Positions 9,426 through 17,793 of a stretch of DNA of 64,000 bases are shown here, piece after piece; position 1 is the stretch's first letter; the number at the start of each line of letters is the position of its first letter. The notes beneath the pieces are model-generated. The model saw only the letters and a program-made list of their open reading frames with translations. It was not told the DNA's origin and did not search any database. A program made the position numbers and the translations under genes. Origin of the DNA: Candidatus Bathyarchaeota archaeon (GTDB lineage: Archaea; Thermoproteota; Bathyarchaeia; Bathyarchaeales; Bathycorpusculaceae); contig OY970280.1 in assembly GCA_963715865.1 (NCBI GenBank), forward strand, positions 928,001 through 992,000. The letters are read 5' to 3'.

Positions 9426-10560
9426 AGTTACACCTCAAATTACCATCCGAATCCTTAACAAACAAATTACCGCCAAAAGCATCATACATATCCAAAATCA
9501 AATGCCTATGAAAATCAGGCGAACTCTCAACAGTACAAATCTTAACCCCACCGCAACCGCATTGACTAATTCTAACAAGTTCCAAACCGCAAAGAGGACA
9601 AACACGCTTATCCTTCTCAGGCTTATAATGCAACTTATGATAACCAGCCACACCAAACCAAGTCAACGGATAAAACCGTTTACCACCCTTAAGAGAACTA
9701 ATCTTAATCGACGAATGCCCTAACTGATACCAAATCGTACCAACAACAGTTTTACGTTCACCCTCAACCTTACAAATATAACCATCAGTCTTATTCTGCT
9801 CACGGGTCAACTGCTCAAAACCATCACAATGACAAGCCCGATTACAACCCGAAGAAGTACCCCCATGAGAAATCCATTGAGCAAAATCAGGACAATTTCG
9901 ACACCGAGCATAGCTCTCTTTCAGAAAACCAACAATATGCCAATGAGGAGCAAAAAACCACCCTAAACTTGCATCAGAAGTATTCAACTGTTGCCACTCA
10001 CGAAAACCATGATACCGAAAAGCATGAAAGATGACCAAACCGCCAATAATACCCCGCTTAAACGCAATCTTCAACGCCTTAGCATGTAACTTCTCATAAC
10101 TTAAACCATAATCAGACACAGGAACACTCAAAATAATATGCTCTATCTTTCCAAATTGCTTAGAAGCAAACTGTAAACGTTTCTCAGCCTTCCGAGCCTC
10201 ACGAGAAGCCCAACCAAACTTATAACAGACTCTACAAGACGGCTTATTACAATGAATCGAAGCAACATAAACATAAGCCTTATTCGCAAAATTACCAACT
10301 AAACTGTTCACATGACCCTTAACGTTAAGGCATCCTTCTAAATGAGAATGAGAACCACACGAACGATTAGTTTGCTCTTCAAGCCCGACTAACTCAAAAT
10401 CACCATGACGACCCCAAGTCGCATTAACCGCCTTAAAATCAGTCTCAGCAGAAACCTCATCATTCTTCATATCTTTCTGATAAACACGATAAATCTGTTC
10501 AAACTCACTGTCACAATATAAACGCAAAGGAAAAACGCAAAGCGAAACCTTCTTAGTCAA
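9418..10560 (-). CDS. HUH-superfamily rolling-circle replication initiator (Rep) with Zn-binding region
   Basis: HCNKPSCRVC Zn motif; motif I EHIILSVP; motif II APHWHIVG (HUH); motif III WYQLGHSS; C-terminal CPLCG. Confidence 0.78.
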   Translation of the reverse strand: MTKKVSLCVFPLRLYCDSEFEQIYRVYQKDMKNDEVSAETDFKAVNATWGRHGDFELVGLEEQTNRSCGSHSHLEGCLNVKGHVNSLVGNFANKAYVYVASIHCNKPSCRVCYKFGWASREARKAEKRLQFASKQFGKIEHIILSVPVSDYGLSYEKLHAKALKIAFKRGIIGGLVIFHAFRYHGFREWQQLNTSDASLGWFFAPHWHIVGFLKESYARCRNCPDFAQWISHGGTSSGCNRACHCDGFEQLTREQNKTDGYICKVEGERKTVVGTIWYQLGHSSIKISSLKGGKRFYPLTWFGVAGYHKLHYKPEKDKRVCPLCGLELVRISQCGCGGVKICTVESSPDFHRHLILDMYDAFGGNLFVKDSDGNLRCNSE

Positions 10561-10745
10561 ACACCAAGCCCCCCAAGTTTTTCAAAATGAAAATGGCAAC
10601 AATCCTTATTCCGAGCAGGAACCAACAAACCATCTTTCCAATCACACTGAAAGCCAGCTTTAGGATTCAAACGACAAATACAACCATTAGCGTAACAATC
10701 CACATAATCGCAGTCACAAACACCAAAAACAGGAACAGGCATCAT
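10557..10745 (-). CDS. Cys-rich small protein
   Basis: 8 Cys in 62 aa; overlaps both neighbours in the operon. Confidence 0.55.
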   Translation of the reverse strand: MMPVPVFGVCDCDYVDCYANGCICRLNPKAGFQCDWKDGLLVPARNKDCCHFHFEKLGGLGV

Positions 10746-10882
10746 TCAGAACCCCCATTATGCACCTTACGAATAAGCTTAATCAACAAATCAGCCAGCT
10801 CCTTACTAAAAACACCTAAAAACGGAGAAGTAAACACAATAATAGCAATCAAGCCATAGCCAACAGAAGCCAAAACAATCAA
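10742..10882 (-). CDS. Small single-TM protein (46 aa, not in ORF track)
   Basis: TTG start overlapping the upstream TGA; MIVLASVGYGLIAIIVFTSPFLGVFSKELADLLIKLIRKVHNGGSE; stop overlaps the next ATG. Confidence 0.55.
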   Translation of the reverse strand: MIVLASVGYGLIAIIVFTSPFLGVFSKELADLLIKLIRKVHNGGSE

Positions 10883-11151
10883 CGCTCCAAATCTGGAAAA
10901 CCATCCAGCTTATCACAAATCCACGTTAAATGAAACCCATCAAAATGAAAAGAAAACCTATAACGTTTACCGCCAGACCGACAAGCCCCAGAACCCAAAA
11001 CACAGAGGCAAAAAGGCTTACCAAAACGAGTTAAACCAATGAAATTAGCAGAAGGACAAACACTCAAACGGTCTTTTTCAGCCTTACCAACGATAACAGA
11101 ACCAACAACGACTTCTATATTCTTACTCAATCTTAACAAGCTCCAGACCAT
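10879..11151 (-). CDS. Hypothetical protein (element A)
   Basis: Fits the overlapping operon; C-x..-C-x-C-x6-C pattern. Confidence 0.5.
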   Translation of the reverse strand: MVWSLLRLSKNIEVVVGSVIVGKAEKDRLSVCPSANFIGLTRFGKPFCLCVLGSGACRSGGKRYRFSFHFDGFHLTWICDKLDGFPDLER

Positions 11152-11329
11152 CGAATATTAGAAGGGATTTACCCTTATCCAAACATTCAACAGCCCAAAG
11201 CTGATTCTCCATCATCATAAAATACAAATCATCGACACAAAGGTCGAAAACAATACTAAATTCTTTAGAGGCACGTTTATGATAAACATAAACAGACGAA
11301 CCGTTATCACGAAACGCCTTAAGTGCCAT
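11123..11329 (-). CDS. Hypothetical protein, first gene of the Rep operon
   Basis: ATG preceded by GGGG and an upstream TATA-like TTTTTTATAT on the minus strand. Confidence 0.5.
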   Translation of the reverse strand: MALKAFRDNGSSVYVYHKRASKEFSIVFDLCVDDLYFMMMENQLWAVECLDKGKSLLIFDGLELVKIE

Positions 11330-11438
11330 AACCCCTAATGCAATCTACTAATATAAAAAACTTTTCATGTCTATAGCATATACCGTAGCATGATATAGTC
11401 AACGACTATAAAACATTACACACAACAAAAACGAAAAA

Positions 11439-11535
11439 GGGCTTGCGTACCTAACAGATGTTTAAGCCATCTGGCAAGCCCCACACAAAAGGACAAAACA
11501 AAGACAAAGTAACTCTTTTTAGGAAAAGAGATTAC
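11439..11535. other. Candidate replication origin of element A (stem-loops)
   Basis: GGGCTTGC..CAGATG-[TTTAAGC]-CATCTG GCAAGCCC hairpin, then a GTAACTCTTTTT-AGG-AAAAGAGATTAC hairpin; both have counterparts at 17794-17880. Confidence 0.55.
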
Positions 11536-12235
11536 AGAAAAACCTTGAAACTAAACTGGAAGCGCAACACTCACAAAGAGTGTGCGAATTAACGAGCCAT
11601 CTACTCTTTCCAGAAAGAGATAGCAGAAAGCAACGCAACACGGCGAAAAAAGCTAAAAGTGGCGAGCCAGAGGTAAAAATGAGCCAATTTTTTTCCCTAA
11701 GTGCAAGTTCTCCAATTTCACGGAAAAAAAATGCTTGATAGCCCGTATTCCCCTTTTCACATATAATAGAAAAGGGAACCCCGAGCGGTGCCTCATTTTT
11801 ATCCACTTTTCCGAGCTTTTTTCGCCAAGCCAAAAACGAGAAAGAGTGTTAATAATGAAAATATATAGAAAAAGGCTAAAGACCAAACTTTCTTAAAAAA
11901 AGTTACAAAGAACTTATGGAAAAGAAAACATGAACGCATACGCTAACATATTTACGATATACCTGTAAAGCATCATAAACCGTTAAAAAACAGTTAATCT
12001 AAAAACTACAAATTAAAACGCTAAAACAAAAGTGATAAACAGCTAAAAAAAATGTAGAGATTAACCTACACTCAAACAAGCAAATGATAACAAAGTAACC
12101 ATTAAACCACAGGTTAAAAAAAGGTACAAAATCACCACCCCAACAATATCGTAACAAATTGTACCAAATAGAACATTAATGTATCAATAATATATAAAAA
12201 CATATATACAAATATCAATATATCCTAACATACCT

Positions 12236-12382
12236 ATGGTGAAAATTAAAATGGGAAAAACAACAATAATCTTAACCCAAGAAAACGAGAACCAAATCAG
12301 AATACGAAACCGTAAAAAAGGAGATATATCAAACACAATCAACCAAGCATTAGAACAATACTTCAAGAAGGTAGAACAATGA
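12236..12382 (+). CDS. Ribbon-helix-helix (CopG/Arc-like) protein (48 aa, not in ORF track)
   Basis: MVKIKMGKTTIILTQENENQIRIRNRKKGDISNTINQALEQYFKKVEQ: beta strand, helix, KKG turn, helix. Its stop overlaps the int(N) ATG. Confidence 0.75.
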   Translation: MVKIKMGKTTIILTQENENQIRIRNRKKGDISNTINQALEQYFKKVEQ

Positions 12383-12461
12383 CAGAAACAACAATAGAAA
12401 TAATAACAACAGAACCCACAAAAGAACGTACGATTAAGGCGGGTTACAACCAACACACCAC
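12379..12461 (+). CDS. int(N): N-terminal stub of element A integrase
   Basis: MTETTIEIITTEPTKERTI-KAGYNQHTT reads through att copy 2 in the same frame in which att copy 1 leads into int(C). Confidence 0.8.
12436..12461 (+). repeat. att core copy 2
   Basis: AAGGCGGGTTACAACCAACACACCAC, identical to 7896-7921. Confidence 0.95.
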
Positions 12462-12540
12462 GCCCAATTTCTGCTTACAATTGCTAAACTTACTTCTTTT
12501 TGTAAACTGCTTTGTCAACAAAGAACAGCATGATCTGGCA

Positions 12541-13494
12541 TTAATGCAAAACTTGCAAAAGAATAGCAATAATTGCTAAAGAAGCTGCAAAATATGGTGA
12601 TCGTGCTACAGCCTTTAAGGTATCAATGGGCGTGACAACTGTTATCATTGACGATAACTCTGATATTGGGTATTCCTTGTCATCTCTTCCAGTTTTGATA
12701 TTTTTTAAGGCTGTTAAAGCATCTCTAAGATCCTCCTTGCGTTGGGCCACACGCAAAGACTTGAGGAAGAGTTCAATTTGATTCCTGACTACAATCAGTT
12801 CATCATCTTTTCCCGCCAGAAATTCGCAGCAAGCTATCTTGCTGTATTCTTTTAAACCCTCAATACTGACATGGACGACCATAACTTGATTGAGATAGTC
12901 ATTATAAGCGTCTAACCCGGTATCAAAAAGATTTGAAAAGCTCTTTATTATTTTCTTTCTTTCAAGCTCATCTTGTACTTGTCTTACATTTATTGCTTTA
13001 ATTAAGGCTAGTTTAATGTAAATACGAGCCTTCCTATATTTTGATAAAGAGCCGATTAGCAAAAAAACCGATATTAGCAATAATGGTAGCGTAAGATTGA
13101 GAGAATAATCAATTAAAGAGTAAAGTCCTCCATTATTTTTAATCCATTGTGGATAATAAGCAAGCAATAAAATGGAAGTAGCAAACAATAATGTGAAAAT
13201 AAACATAAGGAAGGCAACAAAATATGTTCGGTATTTGTCTATAAAAATGAGGTTGCCTGGGTACAGTTCTTTCTTGCTTAATGAAATATAAATTCGACTA
13301 TGTATTAAAACTGCAGTTGCAAGAATAATTGTCCAAATATAGATAGTTAAAGACGATGGAGCTAAATAATATATAATCTCAAAAATGGTTAAGATGATTA
13401 TGATTAAGCTTAGCTCAATGAGCCTAATGTGTTGCCCATACGAATGATAAAACCTTTCGCTCAGTTTTATTCTCTTAAACGCTTTTGAAAACAT
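12541..13494 (-). CDS. Membrane protein, about 4 N-terminal TMs plus a helical domain
   Basis: 317-aa ORF with hydrophobic segments; no family recognised. Confidence 0.65.
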   Translation of the reverse strand: MFSKAFKRIKLSERFYHSYGQHIRLIELSLIIIILTIFEIIYYLAPSSLTIYIWTIILATAVLIHSRIYISLSKKELYPGNLIFIDKYRTYFVAFLMFIFTLLFATSILLLAYYPQWIKNNGGLYSLIDYSLNLTLPLLLISVFLLIGSLSKYRKARIYIKLALIKAINVRQVQDELERKKIIKSFSNLFDTGLDAYNDYLNQVMVVHVSIEGLKEYSKIACCEFLAGKDDELIVVRNQIELFLKSLRVAQRKEDLRDALTALKNIKTGRDDKEYPISELSSMITVVTPIDTLKAVARSPYFAASLAIIAILLQVLH

Positions 13495-13629
13495 GTGTGA
13501 TTAAATGACCTTTGTGGTTAAATATTTTGGCGTTAGATCAAGGTAGAGTCTTGTTGATTTGTTTTAACTTAAATAAAACGCCTATTCATAGACTGAAACT
13601 CTTCAATTTTTAATTTAACTATTCCCAAT

Positions 13630-14457
13630 ATGCTTAAATTTAGTTCCTCACCAAAGAATTGCAAAGGTCTCTCCATAATGGCAAGTACATTCAGTTTGAA
13701 AAGATCCTATTTGGTGTTAATTCTATTAGCTATTTTTTTTAGCGCCTTATCTTCTTACTTATTTTTTGCTTACAAAGAACAGTGGTTCTCAGCTTATTCT
13801 ACCAGCATTGCTTCAGGGATTGTAGGTTCATTAATAGTGATTTTTCTTATTGACCGAATAATTGAGAGAAACCGAGAAAGGGAACAAATGCAAATGAGAA
13901 AAATTGCTCTGGAAAAGCTGCGCATACCAATTGTATGGCAAATGATGTTGTTATGTAATGTGTATAAAGCTGCTTCAAAAGACAAACCACAGAAGCTACC
14001 ATCCAACTTTCAAGAGATATTTACGGACAATTTTTACACTGAAGTATCATTCCTTGATTTTGCCAAGGATGCTGGCGTTACGCCGAAGACGGATTGGTTC
14101 AACCGCTTGGATTCAGAGCTCCGATTCTTTAAGAAAAAAATTGAGCAAACCATTGATACTTACGCTATTTTTTGTGATAGCTCATTCATTAGTCTGCTTG
14201 AGAAGCTCATCAACTCACACTTTACCTTTTTTATTATTCAGGCAAAAGCTATTCCGATTGTAGACATGCAAATGGGATTCAAACGTCGCTATACTATGTT
14301 CTCAGGAACTGAAGAATTTTTGAAAGAACATGCTCTTCTTATGCTTCAGCTAATTGATTACTTCAATTCGGAAGCTGAAAAACCAATTGAATTTGATACA
14401 AGTATTTGGAGAGATGATGTTTCTCCACTATGGGGTAGCGGGCGAGTTCAAGGTTAG
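13630..14457 (+). CDS. Hypothetical protein, 2 N-terminal TMs plus a soluble domain
   Basis: 275-aa ORF; probable start MASTF at 13678. Confidence 0.65.
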   Translation: MLKFSSSPKNCKGLSIMASTFSLKRSYLVLILLAIFFSALSSYLFFAYKEQWFSAYSTSIASGIVGSLIVIFLIDRIIERNREREQMQMRKIALEKLRIPIVWQMMLLCNVYKAASKDKPQKLPSNFQEIFTDNFYTEVSFLDFAKDAGVTPKTDWFNRLDSELRFFKKKIEQTIDTYAIFCDSSFISLLEKLINSHFTFFIIQAKAIPIVDMQMGFKRRYTMFSGTEEFLKEHALLMLQLIDYFNSEAEKPIEFDTSIWRDDVSPLWGSGRVQG

Positions 14458-14506
14458 CCAATATATAGCAAAAGGAAAAAGCCTAGCTTTATTGATAACC
14501 CACCAT

Positions 14507-14829
14507 CTATTTGGGTTTTCTAAAAGCATGATGCCTTCGGTAGTAATGCAAACAAAGCTGAAGCCATCTTCAGTTAGTCTCTGAGCCTCTTCTGTCGTTT
14601 TAGCAATTGCTGAATAGTATTTGTCTCCCTCAGTTTTGATTAGATGCGTATATACCATTGTCGAGTTTATATTTTTATGACCTAATCTTTCTTGGACATG
14701 CAGAAGGACGTTTGTTTTAGCGTATTCTGTTGAACCAAACCAATGTCTGAGGCTATGAAACTTTATTTGATTAAGCCTTGGATTTTGTAATTTTATCGCA
14801 AGTCTTTTTCTCTGCTTTTCATAACTCCA
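14507..14829 (-). pseudogene. Tyrosine integrase C-terminal remnant
   Basis: Manual translation: KQRKRLAIKLQNPRLNQIKFHSLRHWFGSTEYAKTNVLLHVQERLGHKNINSTMVYTHL...; the N-terminal half is absent; a 1-nt deletion disrupts the terminal LFRKPK-stop. Confidence 0.85.
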
Positions 14830-14840
14830 TCAGTGACGCT

Positions 14841-15167
14841 TCAATTTTGCTTGGATTCTTTGTAGAGAAGGATTAGCCCCGCCAAGATAAGTAATGCTGG
14901 AACTACTCTAAAGATGACATTGAAAAAATAAATCCAACCCCAAGGAATGATGTAGGTTAATACAACTTCCATCCTAAGATAAATGTAGCTAATTACAATG
15001 GGTAAAGCTATCCATCCAACCGCTAGCAAAGCAGAGCCGACACCCATAATTAGGTATCCTTTCTTCTTCATCTTGAGAAAAAAGAAAGTTGAAACTGCTC
15101 CGACCATACCAAATATTATTGCTGGCAAGTAACTATTCAAAAGATCATACAGCAATGTTTCCCACAT
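14841..15167 (-). CDS. Small 3-TM membrane protein
   Basis: 108 aa, three hydrophobic segments. Confidence 0.6.
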   Translation of the reverse strand: MWETLLYDLLNSYLPAIIFGMVGAVSTFFFLKMKKKGYLIMGVGSALLAVGWIALPIVISYIYLRMEVVLTYIIPWGWIYFFNVIFRVVPALLILAGLILLYKESKQN

Positions 15168-15604
15168 TTTTACGCCCTCAATTGGTTAGGTATTAAGTCT
15201 TACCGCTTATAATTTTTTCAATAACTTAACCTGTAACCCGCTAAACAACACGAAATTCTATTAGTGATTGCCAATTAAAGATTAGATTATGCCTTAGATT
15301 TTCTCAAGATATGACAGTATATCTCAAGTTAAGTCTCGGCGTCGCTCCGCTCCACCTCGACGTTTACAAAATCAACCAACCGCGTTTTCGATGGCAAAAC
15401 TAAAGTCAATTCCAATACCTAAACCACTTCTAAGAAACAGAACTCGGCAATCAACCTTTGAGACTGACTTTATAATGGTTCAATTTGATATTCCTTAAAT
15501 ATAGTGTTACAACAATTAGCCTAGAATTGTCGATCCGATGTTTTAGTATTGCATGAAAATGCCAAAAGTTTTATCTTGTCTCTTAAACAATACTTAAACT
15601 TTAA

Positions 15605-16156
15605 TTGAAGGTAAGACAAATGGGAAGACTTAGCCTTGCATTCAAAACAAAGTATGGCGATATCAGAATTGAAGGCGATTCACTCGCAGATTTCAAGAAT
15701 ATTTTGCTAGAAATTGGAGTTTCAGAGATAGACATAGAGAGTATTAGAAACACAATCACATCCCAAATCGAGCATCAAGACATTATTGTTAGTATTCCTT
15801 CAATTCCAATTAGTTCATCAAAACCCGAGCTTACGGGAGTAATTGAGTATGGAAATGATGGGACTCCTCATATCACAATATCTTCTGACAAATTAACTGC
15901 AAGAGAAGTTATAGGTCTTCTTCTGTATACAAAAAGTCCAAATTCAATTTCCATGGGCGAACTTACTAACTTAGTAAAAAACAACTGGAAAAATGTTGAT
16001 ATGACGCAGATTTCGGCTAATCTAAGTTTTATGCGAGCTTATGTAATTAAAGAAGGGACAAGAGGCTCTTATTCATACAGACTCTCTGGGTCGGGCAAAG
16101 AATGGATTGAAAATGAACTGCTTCCAAAACTAAGGATGAAGTCAGTAAAGGCTTAG
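15605..16156 (+). CDS. Hypothetical protein with C-terminal winged helix
   Basis: LTAREVIGLLLY...SMGELTNLV...ISANLS...YSYRLSGSGKEWIE resembles a wHTH; abuts the next gene. Confidence 0.6.
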   Translation: MKVRQMGRLSLAFKTKYGDIRIEGDSLADFKNILLEIGVSEIDIESIRNTITSQIEHQDIIVSIPSIPISSSKPELTGVIEYGNDGTPHITISSDKLTAREVIGLLLYTKSPNSISMGELTNLVKNNWKNVDMTQISANLSFMRAYVIKEGTRGSYSYRLSGSGKEWIENELLPKLRMKSVKA

Positions 16157-16996
16157 GTGTGCCTTATGGGTGATGCTGAGAGAGATGGGGTCTGGTTGGG
16201 AATAGCATTGCAGAGTCTCATAACACTAGGGACAACTAAAAACGTGGTTAAGGAACAGGGTGGGATTTCAGATATTTTAGGCGAACTTATCGCGACCTAT
16301 AACAGAAGTGGAATTTCTGGAAATTTGCTAGCCGAAGCTCAGAGATGGGCGAATTATTTTAGAGACAATTATGCAGGAAATGAAAGTTTAAGACAAGCTG
16401 ACTCGGATAGGTTTGTTGCAGACTGCAGTAATTGGACTAAGTCTTTGATGGATATAATGAAGGAAAGGTTTGCTCACCCGAAGGAACTTTATGATAGACT
16501 GCCCAAAATTGATTTCATTCTTGATTCAATCAAGCAAATACAAACAGTAGAGCATCAATTTGTTTGTACAACACCCAATTCTCGCATTATTAAAGAAAAA
16601 GCCTCCGCAGCAATTGACGCAACTAATCAAGGGGATGTAATCCTTTTAACTGGTTATTTTGATAATGCTTTAGTTGACAAATTGAGTAGAGCATTGAGAC
16701 GAGGGGTTCAGGTTCGGTTAATCGTTCCAACCTACCATGCGAATGAGCATGATAATATTAATGCAACTAGAAGAGTTAGAACTGCAAATGGTCAGGTAAA
16801 ACAGCACGATTCAAATCACGCCAGACTAATGGTTTTCGGTGTAAGAGAAGCTATGGTTTCCTCTGCAGACCCAAAGACGGATGGTTTAGACCAAAATTAC
16901 GAAGCTGGAATTTGGACCACCAACAGAACCATAATCCAAAACTGCAAGGATTTTTTTGAAGAGATTTGGAATGAAGCATTAGATTGGAATATGTAG
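16157..16996 (+). CDS. Phospholipase D-fold (PLD/Nuc/TrmB-like) domain protein with N-terminal helical domain
   Basis: ILLTGYF...ALRRGVQVRLIV...NHARLMVFGVREAMVSSAD...NYEAGI...FFEEIW: PLD topology with a degenerate HxK-x4-D-x6-GSxN. Confidence 0.75.
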   Translation: MCLMGDAERDGVWLGIALQSLITLGTTKNVVKEQGGISDILGELIATYNRSGISGNLLAEAQRWANYFRDNYAGNESLRQADSDRFVADCSNWTKSLMDIMKERFAHPKELYDRLPKIDFILDSIKQIQTVEHQFVCTTPNSRIIKEKASAAIDATNQGDVILLTGYFDNALVDKLSRALRRGVQVRLIVPTYHANEHDNINATRRVRTANGQVKQHDSNHARLMVFGVREAMVSSADPKTDGLDQNYEAGIWTTNRTIIQNCKDFFEEIWNEALDWNM

Positions 16997-17409
16997 ACAT
17001 TGCCCAAGTTGGCAACTATATGCAAGAACCTGTCTAAATGACGCGAATAGAATCCTGTCATAGTCAGGCAGACTTGTGAACTATCGCAAACATCAAGACC
17101 GAGTCAAAAGGGGAACCCCACGATAAACTCGGTTTCCGAGCTTGGAACTGCACGAAACTCAGGCTAAAACCAAGCTATCACTTGCCTTTCCTATGCTCGA
17201 AGGAAAGAAAAAAGGGTTATGAGCTTAAACTACTTTAAAGGATGCGTTCCCTGAATGCATCAACAAATGGAGTAGCTTAACCCCAAACTCCAGAACCCCA
17301 GACTCCTTAGGGGTTCTTACAAGCAACTGACACCTCGCTTAGCGAGTACACCTCTCCTAAAGGGCACCCCCTCGCAAGCGAGGACTCTGTCTTACAAAAA
17401 AGTAAGTAC

Positions 17410-17703
17410 TTAATGCAAATTATTCTTGGGTTTATAGATTATGAATGTGTCTGGGTCTGTTTTGTTTATAGACCGCTTTGTTTTCCACATACTGCCAGCT
17501 TGGTAGGTAAGTTGATGTTTCATTAATATTTCTTGTATGCGTTTTTTTGTTTCTTCATCAAGGGCTGTTTTTATAGTAATTTGGTACCCTCCCATCATTG
17601 ACAAAGAGGCGTTAGAAGATGATAATTCCAAATAATGACCATCAAGACCACTACAATTGTCAAGGAGTTCCTTCAGAACCGATATGGCTTCTTCACGTTT
17701 CAA
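17410..17703 (-). CDS. Hypothetical protein
   Basis: 97-aa ORF with ATG and plausible composition. Confidence 0.55.
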   Translation of the reverse strand: MKREEAISVLKELLDNCSGLDGHYLELSSSNASLSMMGGYQITIKTALDEETKKRIQEILMKHQLTYQAGSMWKTKRSINKTDPDTFIIYKPKNNLH

Positions 17704-17793
17704 AACAATCCCCTATAATTCTCTTAAGAACTTCTCCTAAAAAAGATTCGGTAATACTCTCTTCAAAGGGAGTAGCATCGCTCCCGACTCCCC

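Larger units (their letters stand above)
7896..12461. mobile_element. Element A: 4.54-kb integrative rolling-circle replicon in rnpB
   Basis: Flanked by 26-bp direct repeats; encodes a split integrase, HUH Rep, RHH protein and small ORFs; strong A/C-rich plus-strand bias. Confidence 0.88.

Noticed and set aside
9225-10859. Plus-strand ORFs 9225..9458, 9502..9723, 10587..10859
   Set aside because: Shadows of the minus-strand operon, kept open by the G-poor composition.
7921-12435. Element A as a pleolipovirus or other virus
   Set aside because: No spike, capsid or packaging ATPase recognisable and the size is small; not fully excluded.
11519-12456. Minus-strand ORFs 11519..11833, 11653..11886, 12184..12456
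   Set aside because: They cross the hairpin-rich control region or lie antisense to rhh/int(N); no protein signature.
12462-12579. C-terminal part of ORF 12379..12579 as a real protein
   Set aside because: Beyond the att core it is a chimeric read-through overlapping the convergent membrane gene.
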